Source of the DNA: Felis catus
Taxonomy: Eukaryota
Direction: 5' to 3'
Length of the DNA stretch: 60,000 nt
Assembly (NCBI RefSeq): GCF_018350175.1
Contig: NC_058369.1
Location: forward strand, 7,876,001-7,936,000
Made by a program: the position numbers and the translations under genes. Below the pieces are notes generated by a model. The model was not told the DNA's origin. It was given only the letters and a program-made list of their open reading frames with translations, and did no database searches. This document shows positions 1 through 12,529 of this stretch, piece after piece (the first letter of the stretch is position 1; each line of letters opens with the position of its first letter).

Positions 1-429
1 CAAGGACAGGAACCAGGGAGCAGGGCAGAGACAAAGGCGCTGGTCCAGGCCACCGATGAGCGGGGCCAGCCGAGGAGGGGGTGAGAAGTGGACGGATTCT
101 GAATAGACGTGGGCAGTGAGGAAAGAGTAGAGCCAAAAAGATCCCCACACTTTTGGGGGTGTGCACGGCCACTAGGCTAACCTGTTTACAGTCTGGCCCT
201 CCCATGCCATTTCCGTAAGGGACAGATGCTGGTCCGTCTCAGTCACTGCTGTGTCCCGGCACCTCCACAGAGCCTGGCTCACAAAGGCACTCGATCGCTC
301 TGTCATCTCTGCAACCTCCTGTCCCCCGTCTCTACCAGGAATGTCCTCGGTACCCTTATTCCTCCGCGACCCCCCCCCCCAGTGCCATCTCAGCCCCCCT
401 GACCGCTCTTCTCGCCCACCCCCTTGCAG

Positions 430-621
430 CTTCGAGGCGGAGAATGGGCCCACGCCATCTCCTGGCCGCAGCCCCCTGGACTCGCAGGCGAGCCCGGGCC
501 TCGTGCTGCACGCCGGGGGGGCTATCAGCCAGCGCCGGGAGTCCTTCCTGTACCGCTCGGACAGTGACTACGACATGTCACCCAAAACCATGTCCCGGAA
601 CTCGTCGGTCACCAGCGAGGC
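430..621 (+). CDS. PDE4A: PDE4A internal coding exon, start of UCR1 (SFEAENGP...[14 protein letters not shown]...VTSEA)
   Basis: ttgcag| acceptor at 429 and |gtgag donor at 622. Encodes the PKA site RRESF shared by long PDE4 isoforms. Confidence 0.97.
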
Positions 622-1506
622 GTGAGCACCCCACTCTCACCCTCCAGGCCTGCTCCCAACACAAGCTGCCCTTGCCAGCAGGGAATGGGGACACCGCCTA
701 AGCCCCCTGCCACCTCTCCTTCCCAGTGAAAAGTAAACAGCCCCCTTGCCCACATCGAGGGCTCGGTCCCTTTACAGCATGCCCACCCAGCGAGGTCTGA
801 GGGTGCGCCCCATCTCTGCCCCCCACTCAGCTACGGTGAGCCCCTCCCTCCAGCCCAGCCCGCACCCACATCCTTGCGGTCCCTGCCCACGAACCTGCCC
901 AAGCCCACTCCTACCCATCGGCAGCTGAGGCCTGGCCCCCCTCAGTCTGTCCCCGCTGCCACTTCTTCCCACAGAGCATCCACCTCGGCTGAGCCCCCTC
1001 TGCCTTCCCCCCCCTCCAGGCTTCCCTAAAGCAGCCCCCCTTATCACGACCACCTGTTAAGGTGTGAGCACCCCCAGACCTGCTCAGCCCCCTCCCCTCT
1101 CACTGGATCCTCCAGCCCTGGCCCTACCCATCCAGGTACCCACCTCAGCTCCCTTAACTCCTCTTGCTCCCCATCCCCTCCTATCCACTGCTCTCACCAG
1201 CCCCCCCCCCCGCAGTGGATTTATGGCAGCCCCCTTTGTCTCTGCACACCCCCTCCCTGCCCACCCACCTGAGCTCCTCTGTCTGGCCACCGTTCCCTCC
1301 AAGACCAGCCCCTGTAGGGTGTCTACCCTTGGGAGGTGTGAGCGCCCTCTCCCCTCACCTGTTGGAGGCCCCCAACCCACCTCCCAGCCTACCCTCAGCC
1401 CAACCCCCATAGAGAGTTGCTTCTCTGGCACCCCAGCCCCTTTTCACCCAGGCCCGGGGGTGTCCCACAGTGAGGACGCCTGACCTGCCCCTGTCCTTGG
1501 TTGCAG

Positions 1507-1543
1507 GCACGCTGAGGACCTCATTGTGACACCTTTCGCCCAG
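1507..1543 (+). CDS. PDE4A: PDE4A coding exon, UCR1 (HAEDLIVTPFAQ)
   Basis: ttgcag|...cag|gtaag; 37 bp, in phase with neighbours; conserved PDE4 UCR1 peptide. Confidence 0.96.
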
Positions 1544-1666
1544 GTAAGACCCCTCCCCTAAGAAAGGAAGGGGCTCCAACCTTCCCCCACACTTGGACAC
1601 AGGGACCTAGCCCCAGCTCCTCCGGGTGGCTCCCTCTCCTCACCGCTGGCTCTCCCTCCGTCCCAG

Positions 1667-1737
1667 GTGCTGGCCAGTCTCCGGAGTGTTCGCAGCAACT
1701 TCTCACTCCTGACCAATGTGCCCATTCCCAGCAACAA
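1667..1737 (+). CDS. PDE4A: PDE4A coding exon (VLASLRSVRSNFSLLTNVPIPSNK)
   Basis: tcccag| and |gtaagt; 71 bp; end of UCR1. Confidence 0.96.
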
Positions 1738-2490
1738 GTAAGTCAAGGCTGGGCCCCAACATTCATGATCATGAGGCCACGCACACCTGGGTTCAACTCT
1801 TAGCTCTGCTGTGTGCCCTCAGGCAGGAACTTGACCTCTCTGAGCCTCTGTTCAGGCAGCAGCTCCCTCTGAGCCAGCAAACCATTGCAATTTGAATGGC
1901 TAAGACAGAAACTTTTAAAAATAAAGACCAAGGGGTCCAGACACGTGGTGGTGAGGCCAAGGGTAGCCAGGCGCCACAGCCTTGGGGCCACTCCCGGCCC
2001 CAAAGCCAACTTTCCAGGCAAATAGCGTCTTGTGGTGCCTTTGTTCCCCCTCCATAAAATGGGAATTTAATAGCGCCTCCAATAGATGCTGCTGTGAGGA
2101 GTCTGGAAGATAATACATAGAAAGTGTGAGAACATTTGCCCAACACATAGTAAGTGCTCACTAAATAGAAGTGATTATTCGGGGGCAGGCGCTTGGCTGA
2201 GAGCTGCTAGTCCCTCTGGGAGTTGCAGGAACTTTGGAGACATAGGACCTGACCCTGCCGCTGATCAGCCGTGTGGTCTTGAGCAAGCCTGTTCGCTTCC
2301 TTGAGCCCGTTTTCTCATCTGTAAAATGGGTTCTCATGGGGGCTCTGAGAGAGGCTGCAGGCTGAGCACATGGTGGCATGCCTGGGACACAGGGAGCGCT
2401 CAGAAAAAGGAAAGGTGGCATTATTCATAGAGAGGGGAGGCAGGAATCTGGGGGCACACAGGCTGATGTTGGAGCCCCATTTCTTTGCAG

Positions 2491-2540
2491 ACGGTCCCCG
2501 CTGGGCGGCCCAACCCCCGTCTGTAAGGCCACGCTGTCAG
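2491..2540 (+). CDS. PDE4A: PDE4A coding exon, LR1 (RSPLGGPTPVCKATLS)
   Basis: tttgcag| and |gtaac; 50 bp; phase-compatible. Confidence 0.94.
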
Positions 2541-2710
2541 GTAACAAAGCCCAGGGGGTGGGAAAGGGCCCCTCTTGCTGCTCCAGTGGGGGACCCCTCA
2601 CCTGGGGGTGGTGGTGGCTGTCTTACCTCCCTTCCCCCACTCATTTGGTGGACCCCCATCATCTCGGGGTTGGGGCCTCTGGGTCACCACCCATGCTGCC
2701 CCTTCTCCAG

Positions 2711-2823
2711 AAGAGACATGTCAACAACTGGCCCGGGAGACACTGGAGGAGCTGGACTGGTGCCTGGAGCAGCTGGAGACCATGCAGACCTACCGCTCCG
2801 TGAGCGAGATGGCATCTCACAAG
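2711..2823 (+). CDS. PDE4A: PDE4A coding exon, N-terminal UCR2 ([38 protein letters not shown])
   Basis: ctccag| and |gtgag; ELDWCL UCR2 signature. Confidence 0.97.
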
Positions 2824-3231
2824 GTGAGGAGGCCCCCAGCCGGCAGGGCGGAACTAGCCCCTGGGCGGGGCCTGAGGATGGGGGCCAGCCGCTGGGTGGG
2901 ATCTGCGGGCGGGTCCACCCATGGGCGGGGCCAGCATCTGGATGGGGCCAATGAGAGGGGACCCTTTCCTGGGCCTGTGGGGTGGGGCTGACTGCTGGCG
3001 GGACCTGAGCGGGAGGACACATTTGGGGCGGGGCCAATGTGTGAACTGGGGCCTTTGGGGTGGGGGCCCATTCCTAAGCAGGGCCAACGCTAGGGCTGCG
3101 TGTTCTAGCAGATTCTGACTTCCCCCAGGGGTGGGGGAAGCCTAGTGCGTGGGGGTATATGTGCCTGGTTGTACATCTGATGCAGGCTGCCATCTCTCTT
3201 GAGGGGGTTGTCCAATGCTTGTATAGTCTAC

Positions 3232-3233
<2 letters not shown>

Positions 3234-3276
<43 letters not shown>
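3234..3276 (+). repeat. (TG)n microsatellite within a TG-rich degenerate region (about 3140-5560)
   Basis: About 21 perfect GT units read directly. Confidence 0.95.
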
Positions 3277-3277
<1 letters not shown>

Positions 3278-4792
3278 CTGTGGGTCTGTGTGGCTGTCAA
3301 TTTGTTGGCTACACGTTTGCAGCACAAGACAGGGTGTGAGGGGATGTTCCAAGAGGGTACGTCACGAGTAGTGTGCAGATGTGTCTGTATGGAGGATGTA
3401 TGGGTGCACACACAAGCAGTTATACCAGATTGTAAGTGTGTGGGGCTGTGCCAGAGGGGTATGTATGTTTACAAGTGTGAGTTGGTCTAGGTATGAATCT
3501 GAGTGTGTATCTCCATGTGTCTGTGACTCCACGTGTGTGCACAGACACATGCATGCACTTGCAGGGCTGCAGGAGAGGGTGCAAGGCTTCCATGTACAGT
3601 TGTGCGGTCTGTGTACTGCACAACTCCAGAGGACACCATCCAGGAAAACAGGCGGCATGAATGATGTTTCCTGGAGTTGTGCGGCACGGTGGTAGCCCGC
3701 GTGGGAAGATGCCTATCAGGAAATGAGTATACAGGTGGAGGTGTCTGCGTTGGGGGTGGTGCACATACCTGTGGGTGGAGGTTTGTCTGGGAACATTCCC
3801 GTCTGAGGGTGATTGTGTCTCTGAGAGTGTGCCGAGCCTCTGAGAATGTGACTGTCTCTAAATGTAGGTTTGCCGTTGTGTTCCTGCAAATGATGTGTGT
3901 GTGTGGTTGTGGGTATGATGCGAGCATTTGCTTATGGGTTTCTCAGGGTATGTTTGTGTCCAAGGCCACATGGTATTTGTGTTTGTCTGAAAGCGTGCCC
4001 GTGGGTGTGTGGAGTGTGTGCAGCATATCTGGGTGTGTGTCCCCAGGTGTGTGTCTCCGTGTCTGGGTGTGAGTCTGTGTTCTTGGGAGGGCTGTGCCTG
4101 AAGGTGTTCCTATCTCCGTGTACTCAGCTGTATACCTGCGAAAGGGCTGGACTTCAGAGTTGTGACTGTGTGGTGTGTGTTAGTGCGTGTGTTGGTATAG
4201 AAGGTGCATCTCGGTGTGTGTGAGTGTGTGGACTGTCTGGGCGTGTGTCTTTGTCTCTGGGTGTGTCCCTGGAAGGGACGTGTCCTGTCGGGGATGTGTG
4301 TGCCTCCCTGCCTTTCCCCGGCAGCCCCACCTGGGTCCTGGCTCAGGCCCGTGGGTTCCGATGCCCCTTTAACGCCCCCCCCCACCCCCGGCACCACCTG
4401 ACGTCGCATGCAGCCTGCCAGTGCTGCAGTGAGCACGCACACGCACACACACAGGCGCGCACACGGAGCCCAGAGCCTCCGAAGCCACCTCCCGGGACCC
4501 TAGCCCTGCCCCCCCATGGGCAGGGGTCCCAGGCCACCTCCAGCTACTGCCGCGGGGGGGCCCATCAGGGCCAGGGGCTGGCAGACCATGTAACCAGGGC
4601 TGCTATCGGGAGCGCGGAGGGGAGGGGAGCCCCCAGCCCCGCTGGGCCGGCCCAGGCCCCTCCGCGGCTCCCGCTTGCACTGCCCACCTGCCCTGAACCC
4701 CCCCCCACCAAACCCACAGTGGCTGTTAACCCCGGGACTCCCCAAGCCCAGCCTCTGTGTGCGGCAGCCCCGAGCGGGGCTAAGATTCCAAG

Positions 4793-4858
4793 ATGCCCTT
4801 GGTGGATTTCTTCTGTGAGACCTGCTCCAAGCCGTGGCTGGTGGGCTGGTGGGACCAG
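4793..4858 (+). CDS. PDE4A: PDE4A1 (super-short isoform) unique first coding exon, MPLVDFFCETCSKPWLVGWWDQ, membrane-targeting TAPAS-1 region
   Basis: ATG at 4793, 22 codons, CAG|gtagg donor in phase with exon 6361. Peptide matches the known PDE4A1/RD1 N-terminus. Too short for the ORF track. Confidence 0.95.
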
Positions 4859-6360
4859 GTAGGGGAAGTCGGGGTGGAGGATGGGCGGGAGACTCGGCCG
4901 TAGCCCTCCCACCTTGGATCCTCAAGCCCCTGGTCTGGGCGGGTGTGTGCGGCTGTGCACGTGTGTGGCCTGGACATGAAGCCTTGTGACTGTCTGTGTC
5001 TGTGTGTGGCCCAGGGCTGGGTGGGGATAGCAGGTGGCTGGGGATGTGGGTCTCTTGCTGGGTGTGTCGGTACTCACGTGTGTATGTGTCTACAGCGGTG
5101 CAGGGCTGTCTGACCATATGCTTATTTGCCTGGGTCACAGTGTGGCCCTTTCTGAGATCACATGGCTCTGGTTGTGGTGGTGTATGTTGGGACGTGTTTG
5201 TGAACCCAGAGCTGTGTGTTTTCTCTGGGGCATGTGACCCCAAGTGTCTGTGACTGCCTGATCGTGTGTGTCCCTTGATTTGTGTGTCTGTGGCTGTGCA
5301 GAGCCGTGTGAGATGGTAGTCTGTGACTCTGTGTGTGGTTGTGTGACTTTGTGGGTCCTTCTTGTGTACGTGTCTCTTGCAGCACTAGGAGGAGTAAGTG
5401 CCCCATCCTGGTGTGGGCTGTGTGGGCTCACCCTTCCCATCAAGTGTCCCTCCTGCCTCTCTGGATGGAGTCTGCTCCTGCTTTGGGGGTGCTTCAGTGG
5501 AGCTTGGGGGCGGGGAACCAATGCCCTTTCTCCTCCCTACACAATGTCACAGCAGACACTTGTGTGAGGTGGCTTGGGGGGACCAGGAGGGACCTCCAAG
5601 CCTGGTTCGGGGTATCCTCTGCTCATCTGTGCATCTGTCCACCCTCCTGAGACTGGGGGAGAGGGGGCTATGATGGGAACCCCCCTCCCCTGGATGACCG
5701 AACAAGGTTTCCTCAGCTCACTGTTCTCCCCTGCCCCTGCCAAACCTTCTCTTCTCCCAGAACTTGCATTCTCTCCTGCAAAGGAGAGACTGTATTGTCT
5801 CCTTCCAAACTGGGCTGGGAGCTGGGGGCCTGGACGCCCTGGGAGTGGGGTCCATATCTGGGAAGACGTGGGCCAGGGTAGCTCTGGGAAGGCAAGGGTT
5901 AAGGGGCCTGCGGCCTGCCCCCCCCCCCCTACTTTCCCCCAGCTCAGCAGCTGGTTGGAGGGGGAGTTGCTAAGGAGACTCCCATCGCCATGGCGACGGG
6001 ATTCTCCTGACACCCTATTGGCTCACTGTTAAGCGGGAGCCCCTCCCTTCCACAGGTGCCCCTCTGGCTCCTCCTTTGGGCTGGAGGAAGAGGAAGTCTG
6101 GGGAGGGGTGCCCCCCTTCCTCAGGAAGGGAGGGGTATGCTGAGTCCTGACTTCCAAGCCTGGGGCCCCCCTCCAGACCTGGGAGGAGAGGAAGGGCTGA
6201 CCCCTCCCCTCTAGCAGCTTGCTGAGGGCTCTGTTGGCTGAGCAGAGAAGTTGGAAGGACTCATGGGGTCTTCAGAAGTTTCTCGGGAGGGGCTGACATC
6301 CTCCACCCTCTGCTGCCCTGTCTCCCCATCATTCCTTCCTTCTTGCCTCCTTCACCTTAG

Positions 6361-6459
<99 letters not shown>

Positions 6460-7944
6460 TGAAAGGCACCGCTTGTATGTGCGGGGAGAGGCTGCACGCC
6501 TGAATTGGAGGGGGCTGCCCCAGACCGCAGGTCCCATTGCCCACATTTGCCCAAGGGACCCTGACTCTTAACTCCCTAAAGATCAAGGTTACCACGCTCA
6601 AGCGTTCCCATGCTCACGATGCCCCTAAGCCCAGAGGGATGTCAACTTTTATAGAACTTCCACATTAAAAAAATCTCTCCAAGCAGAAAAGCCCCCCCAA
6701 ACTCAGTGGGACCACAACGGAACTCTCAAACTCAAGACCCCCCAAAACCCCACAAACTCAAATAGAATTCCTAAACTTTAAATGCCTCCAGGCTGAAAGG
6801 CCTCCCCAAATTCAGTAGACTATCCAAACTTGGATTTCCCCCCACAAATTCAGGAGATCCCTCAAACTCAAGAGGTATGCTCAAACTCGGTAGGGTTCTC
6901 AAACTTAAGGGAACGGCTGTCCTTAAGAACTCATAAAAGATCCCCTCAAAGTTTCAAAACCCTCCAAGCTGAAAGGTCTCCCAAATTCGGGAGAATCACC
7001 CAACTTGATATGACCCTCAGAGTCAGTAGGACCCCCCCCACACACACAGACTTTTGATACCTAATACAGTTATATAGAGTACCTCAAATTCATTAGAACC
7101 CTCAAGCTCATGGGGACCTCCAACTCATCCTAATCTCTTTATCCAAGAGCCCAAGCTGAAGATATGCCCCCCCCCCCAAATTCAGGATAATTTTACCTTC
7201 TCAATTTATCACCAAAGGTTTCCAAATTCTGGAGAACCGCCCTGCGCCAAGCCCAAGAGAAGGGTTCAGAGTTTCAAATACTCCCGCCAATGGGGGTGTG
7301 GCCATGCAGAGTTCTGAGATCCAGCCAATGGGAGCATGGCATGCAAATAACCCCTATTAGGCCCCGTTATTGACTGGCAGGGCCCCAGGTCACAATGGGT
7401 GGCCCAGGTTCAGCTCTGGAAGCCCTTGAAAGCTTAGGAAAAGGGATCCTGGGGCTGGCCCCCCAGGCAGGCTGGTGTTAAAGGGGTGGGGTGGGGGTGG
7501 GGCTCATGGAGCCAGAGACTACCCTTCCCTCCCTCTTCCCCATGCTGTCCACCCCGATCAGCACTCTTAGTCACCATGGAGGTGTCTCCCCTGCCCTAGA
7601 AGTTCCCCTGCCTCTACAGGACAGGCAGCTACTCTCTCCAGCATCCTCAACCTGCTTCCTGACTTCCCGTGCCACCCCCTTGTCACACCTGGCTATCAGA
7701 CTGGGGCCACCCCAATGCTCCGGGCCAGTCCCAGGGTCCCTGCTCCAGCCCACCACCTCCCAGAAGAATTCCTCCCTCCCCTCTGGTTTCCAGCCTATAA
7801 GGAACCAACAGCATGACATCCTGAAGGGGTCTGCCCTCCTGCGTGAGCCTTCCCAGGGCACAGTGGGGAGCCCAGGGGAAGTGAGGGCCAGATGAGGGGG
7901 TCTCTGTGGGAGTCTCATGCTTGTCTCTCCTCCATCTGCTCCAG

Positions 7945-8168
7945 ACAAGCAGAATGAAGTGGAGATTCCATCACCCACGATGAAGGATCGAGAAAAACAG
8001 CCAGCTCCCCGCCAGAGACCTTCCCAGCAGCCCCCGCCCCCTGGGCCGCAATTCCAGCCCATGTCTCAGATCACGGGGGTGAAGAAGCTGATGCATAGCA
8101 GCAGCCTGAGTGACTCCAGCATCCCCCGCTTTGGGGTGAAGACCAACCAAGAAGAGCTCCTGGCCCAA
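7945..8168 (+). CDS. PDE4A: PDE4A coding exon, LR2 and start of catalytic region ([11 protein letters not shown]...EELLAQ)
   Basis: ctccag| and |gtgagt; ORF track 7917..8255 contains the peptide. Confidence 0.96.
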
Positions 8169-9067
8169 GTGAGTAGGGTCTCAGCAGACACTGGACTAGA
8201 GAGGGGCGGGAGTCTCCTGGGGCCCAGAGAAGGACCGGGCGTTGGGGCAGTCTGAAATGATAATCCAGGCATACTTGGCTTATGAGACTCTCAGGAGAGC
8301 AAGAGTGAAGGAAGCAGGAGAGGAAGAAGCTAAGCAAGGAGGTGGCCTCAGAATCTGGCCTCCGCCTGACTCCACAGGGAGCTCTGGAGTGTCAACAGTG
8401 CCACAGAGTTGAGCCCACCTTGAGGCAAGAGTGCGGGACTTTTGTACCCCACTGTGGGCGGTCCCCAGAGGGGACAGCATTACCGCCTCCATGTAGCTCC
8501 CGTAGGGGCAAGAGCAGTTTTCTGGAGAACAGAGCAGCTGTGAGTCTTTGTAAGCAACAGTCCCAGCACCCACCCAGGAGGACAGGTGCACTGGTCAGTG
8601 AAGGGGATCTGGGTCGAACCCCAACAGCATCCACTACAGGCCAGACCTGGGTTCAGCTCCGTGACACCTAACGCCAAGGGGCTCCCACATGGGTTTGTAC
8701 AGCGGACTCAGTGCACTCTTGCTGGCTCAGTCAGCTGACATTTGTTGTAACCTGAACTCCAGCACTAGCCAGTGCCCAGTCAGTCACCCGGTGTTTACTG
8801 AGCACCTACTGTGTGCTGGCACCGTTCCGGATTCTGGGGAGCCATGGAAAATTAGCCCGAGTTCCTTTCCCCCTGGTGCTGGTGAGCTGTTTGGCTCCGA
8901 AGCCAAACTGTGCTTTCGGGGTCAGCCAAACGGAATTCACACCACAGCGTTGCCACTTGCGAGGTGCAAGGGCTTGGGTAGGTCACATCACTTCTGAGCT
9001 TTGGTTCTCCAACCAACCAAATGAGATCAAGCATTTAGCATAATGCCTGAGAGACAATAGTCACTCA

Positions 9068-9297
9068 GGGGGCGCCTGGGTGGCTCCTCGGTTAAGCGGT
9101 TAAGCGTCAGACTTCGGCTCAGGCCATGATCTTACAGTCCGTGGTTTGAGCCCCGCATCGGGCTCTGTCCTGACAACTCGGAGCCTGGAGCCGGCTTCAG
9201 ATTCTGTGTCTCCCTCTCTCTCTGCCCCTCCCCCATGCACACTCTGTCTCTCGCTCTCAAAAATAAATAAAACATTAAAAAAAAAATTTTTTTTTAA
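9068..9297 (+). mobile_element. Carnivore tRNA-derived SINE (CAN/SINEC)
   Basis: GGGGCGCCTGGGTGGCTC head, (CT)n, A-rich tail; target-site duplication agtcactcag. Confidence 0.92.
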
Positions 9298-9564
9298 GTC
9301 ACTCAGTACACAGGCGCTGTGGTTGCTTTGTTATTTTCTGGTCTGGTCGGACGTGGACAGTCAACTCTGTGTGTTGAGCACAGCGCCCCCCCCCCCCCAC
9401 CCTTGGTGGGCAATGACAGTGCTACTTTCAGACCAGAGCTCTGAATTGCTAGGAAAGAGTCGAGAGGGGTGACGATCAACCAAGAGGAACTTCTGACCCA
9501 CGTGGGTAGGGGCAGGGCCCTGGGTCTTGTGGGCTGCTGACCTCTGGCCTCCTACTCCACCCAG

Positions 9565-9663
9565 GAACTGGAGAACCTGAACAAGTGGGGTCTGAACATC
9601 TTCTGCGTATCCGAATACGCCGGAGGCCGTTCCCTCAGCTGCATCATGTACACGATATTTCAG
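9565..9663 (+). CDS. PDE4A: PDE4A catalytic exon (ELENLNKWGLNIF...IMYTIFQ)
   Basis: ccag| and |gtagg; 99 bp; KWGLNIF motif. Confidence 0.96.
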
Positions 9664-9755
9664 GTAGGGCGGGCTGAGTGGGGCAGGGTGAGCGGAAGGG
9701 GGCCGGGCGGAGAGCAGAGCTCTCGGGAGTCACCGTTCCCCATACCTACCCTCAG

Positions 9756-9920
9756 GAGCGTGACCTGCTGAAGAAATTCCGCATCCCAGTGGACACCATG
9801 GTGACATATATGCTGACCCTGGAGGACCACTACCACCCCGACGTGGCCTACCACAACAGCCTGCACGCGGCCGATGTGCTGCAGTCCACCCACGTGCTGC
9901 TGGCCACACCCGCGCTAGAT
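9756..9920 (+). CDS. PDE4A: PDE4A catalytic exon (ERDLLKKF...[10 protein letters not shown]...ALD)
   Basis: ctcag| and |gtgag; YHNxxH metal-binding motif. Confidence 0.97.
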
Positions 9921-10140
9921 GTGAGCACTGCCTGGCCCCTGAGTCTCCCCAGCCCCGTCTCCCTCCCTGACTGCCCGTCGCCCATCTCCTGACCTCCGTG
10001 TCTCTCTGACGTTGGCCTTCCCGGTCCTCATCGATCCCTCCTGACCGTCTTCTTTGGCACCCGCATCTCTCTCTCACCCTGTCTCTCAGATCCCCCGTCT
10101 TTCTAACCCGCCTCTCTCCCACCCCACTCTCTGCCCCTAG

Positions 10141-10335
<195 letters not shown>

Positions 10336-10363
10336 TGACCGCCTGCCTGGGCCTGGGCCGCAG

Positions 10364-11475
<1,112 letters not shown>

Positions 11476-11562
11476 TAAGCGGGCCTCCCCACCCCATGCT
11501 GGCCTGGAGCTCCGAGACCCAGAAGTTCCCGACCTGCCCCTGCCCCTCCACAAAGTCAAGTT

Positions 11563-11566
<4 letters not shown>

Positions 11567-11595
<29 letters not shown>
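11567..11595 (+). repeat. (TG)n microsatellite
   Basis: Direct reading. Confidence 0.9.
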
Positions 11596-11597
<2 letters not shown>

Positions 11598-12007
11598 CTT
11601 TCCTTTTCTGCCTTGATGGGAAATTTGCAACATTTTCCCTTCTACAGAGTAACCAAAGCCAGGCCTCTGGATTCAAAACTTGTAGACCTGAGTGGAACAG
11701 CTCTCTCTCATTTAGCATCCGTAATAATACTTGCCCAGCTCTTGGTTACAGACCTTATGTCGCTCCAGCCTCTCGGTATCCCTGTAACCTGGCTGCTGAT
11801 TTTGTCCTTGATTTTTGGTGGGATTTTGCAATGAGATGCGATGACGCGTCATCATGTGCTTGTTTAACTTGACAAGAGGTACGGAAACCCAGTCTTGTTT
11901 GTAAAGTGTGGATGTGAAAGTTTCTCACCCTCCCCACTCCCAGTCTCCTCCCTGGAAAGACCTGTTCTTCCCGGCTCACTGTGCACGCCTTTCCAGACCT
12001 GAGTTAC

Positions 12008-12180
12008 CCAGCCTTGGTGCTGTTGACATTTGGTCCCGCGTCATTCTCTGTCGCGGGGGCCGTGCCTTGTAGGATTTTGAGCAGCATCCTTGGCCTCCAC
12101 CCCTTCCCTTCCAATTACAACAACCAAAAATGTCTCTAGATACTTCCAAATGTCCCTTTGAGCATGCAGATCACCCGATC
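12008..12180. mobile_element. MER20-like DNA transposon relic
   Basis: ...tgttgacatttgg...agcagcatccttggcctccaccc...acaaccaaaaatgtctctagat... resembles the MER20 consensus. Confidence 0.7.
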
Positions 12181-12529
12181 CTCCAACGCCCGGGAAAACC
12201 AGTTCCATAGGCTTTATTACGTAGTTACATTTACGGGCAACTTCATAGCAATAGTTCAGGGGTTTTGCTTTGTTAAAAAAATATGAATTTTATCAATATG
12301 TACCCATTTTTATACAGCTTGCCTTTTCTTCCAAACAATGACTTGGAGATGTGTCTGTGTTACTGCGTATAGATTTAGCTCATCCCTTTTGACAACTCTG
12401 TAGTATTCTCACAGATCTAGACAGCAGATGGGGTCTATAGTTTTTCTCCTGTGGATGGCCATTTAGGTGTTGAGGAGTTACAAATTCACAGTGACTCAAA
12501 CGAGATAAGGCTTCATTTTTGTTCTCTCT

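Noticed and set aside
630..1490. C-rich intron with recurring CTCAGCCC words and Pro-rich ORFs
   Set aside because: Low-complexity composition with no clear period; the ORFs are non-coding artefacts.
6560..7250. Repeat-spacer appearance reminiscent of CRISPR
   Set aside because: Eukaryotic intron; repeats are short and degenerate with no cas genes. Treated as a minisatellite.
9068..9160. tRNA-like A/B boxes in SINE heads throughout the window
   Set aside because: tRNA-derived CAN SINE heads, not tRNA genes.
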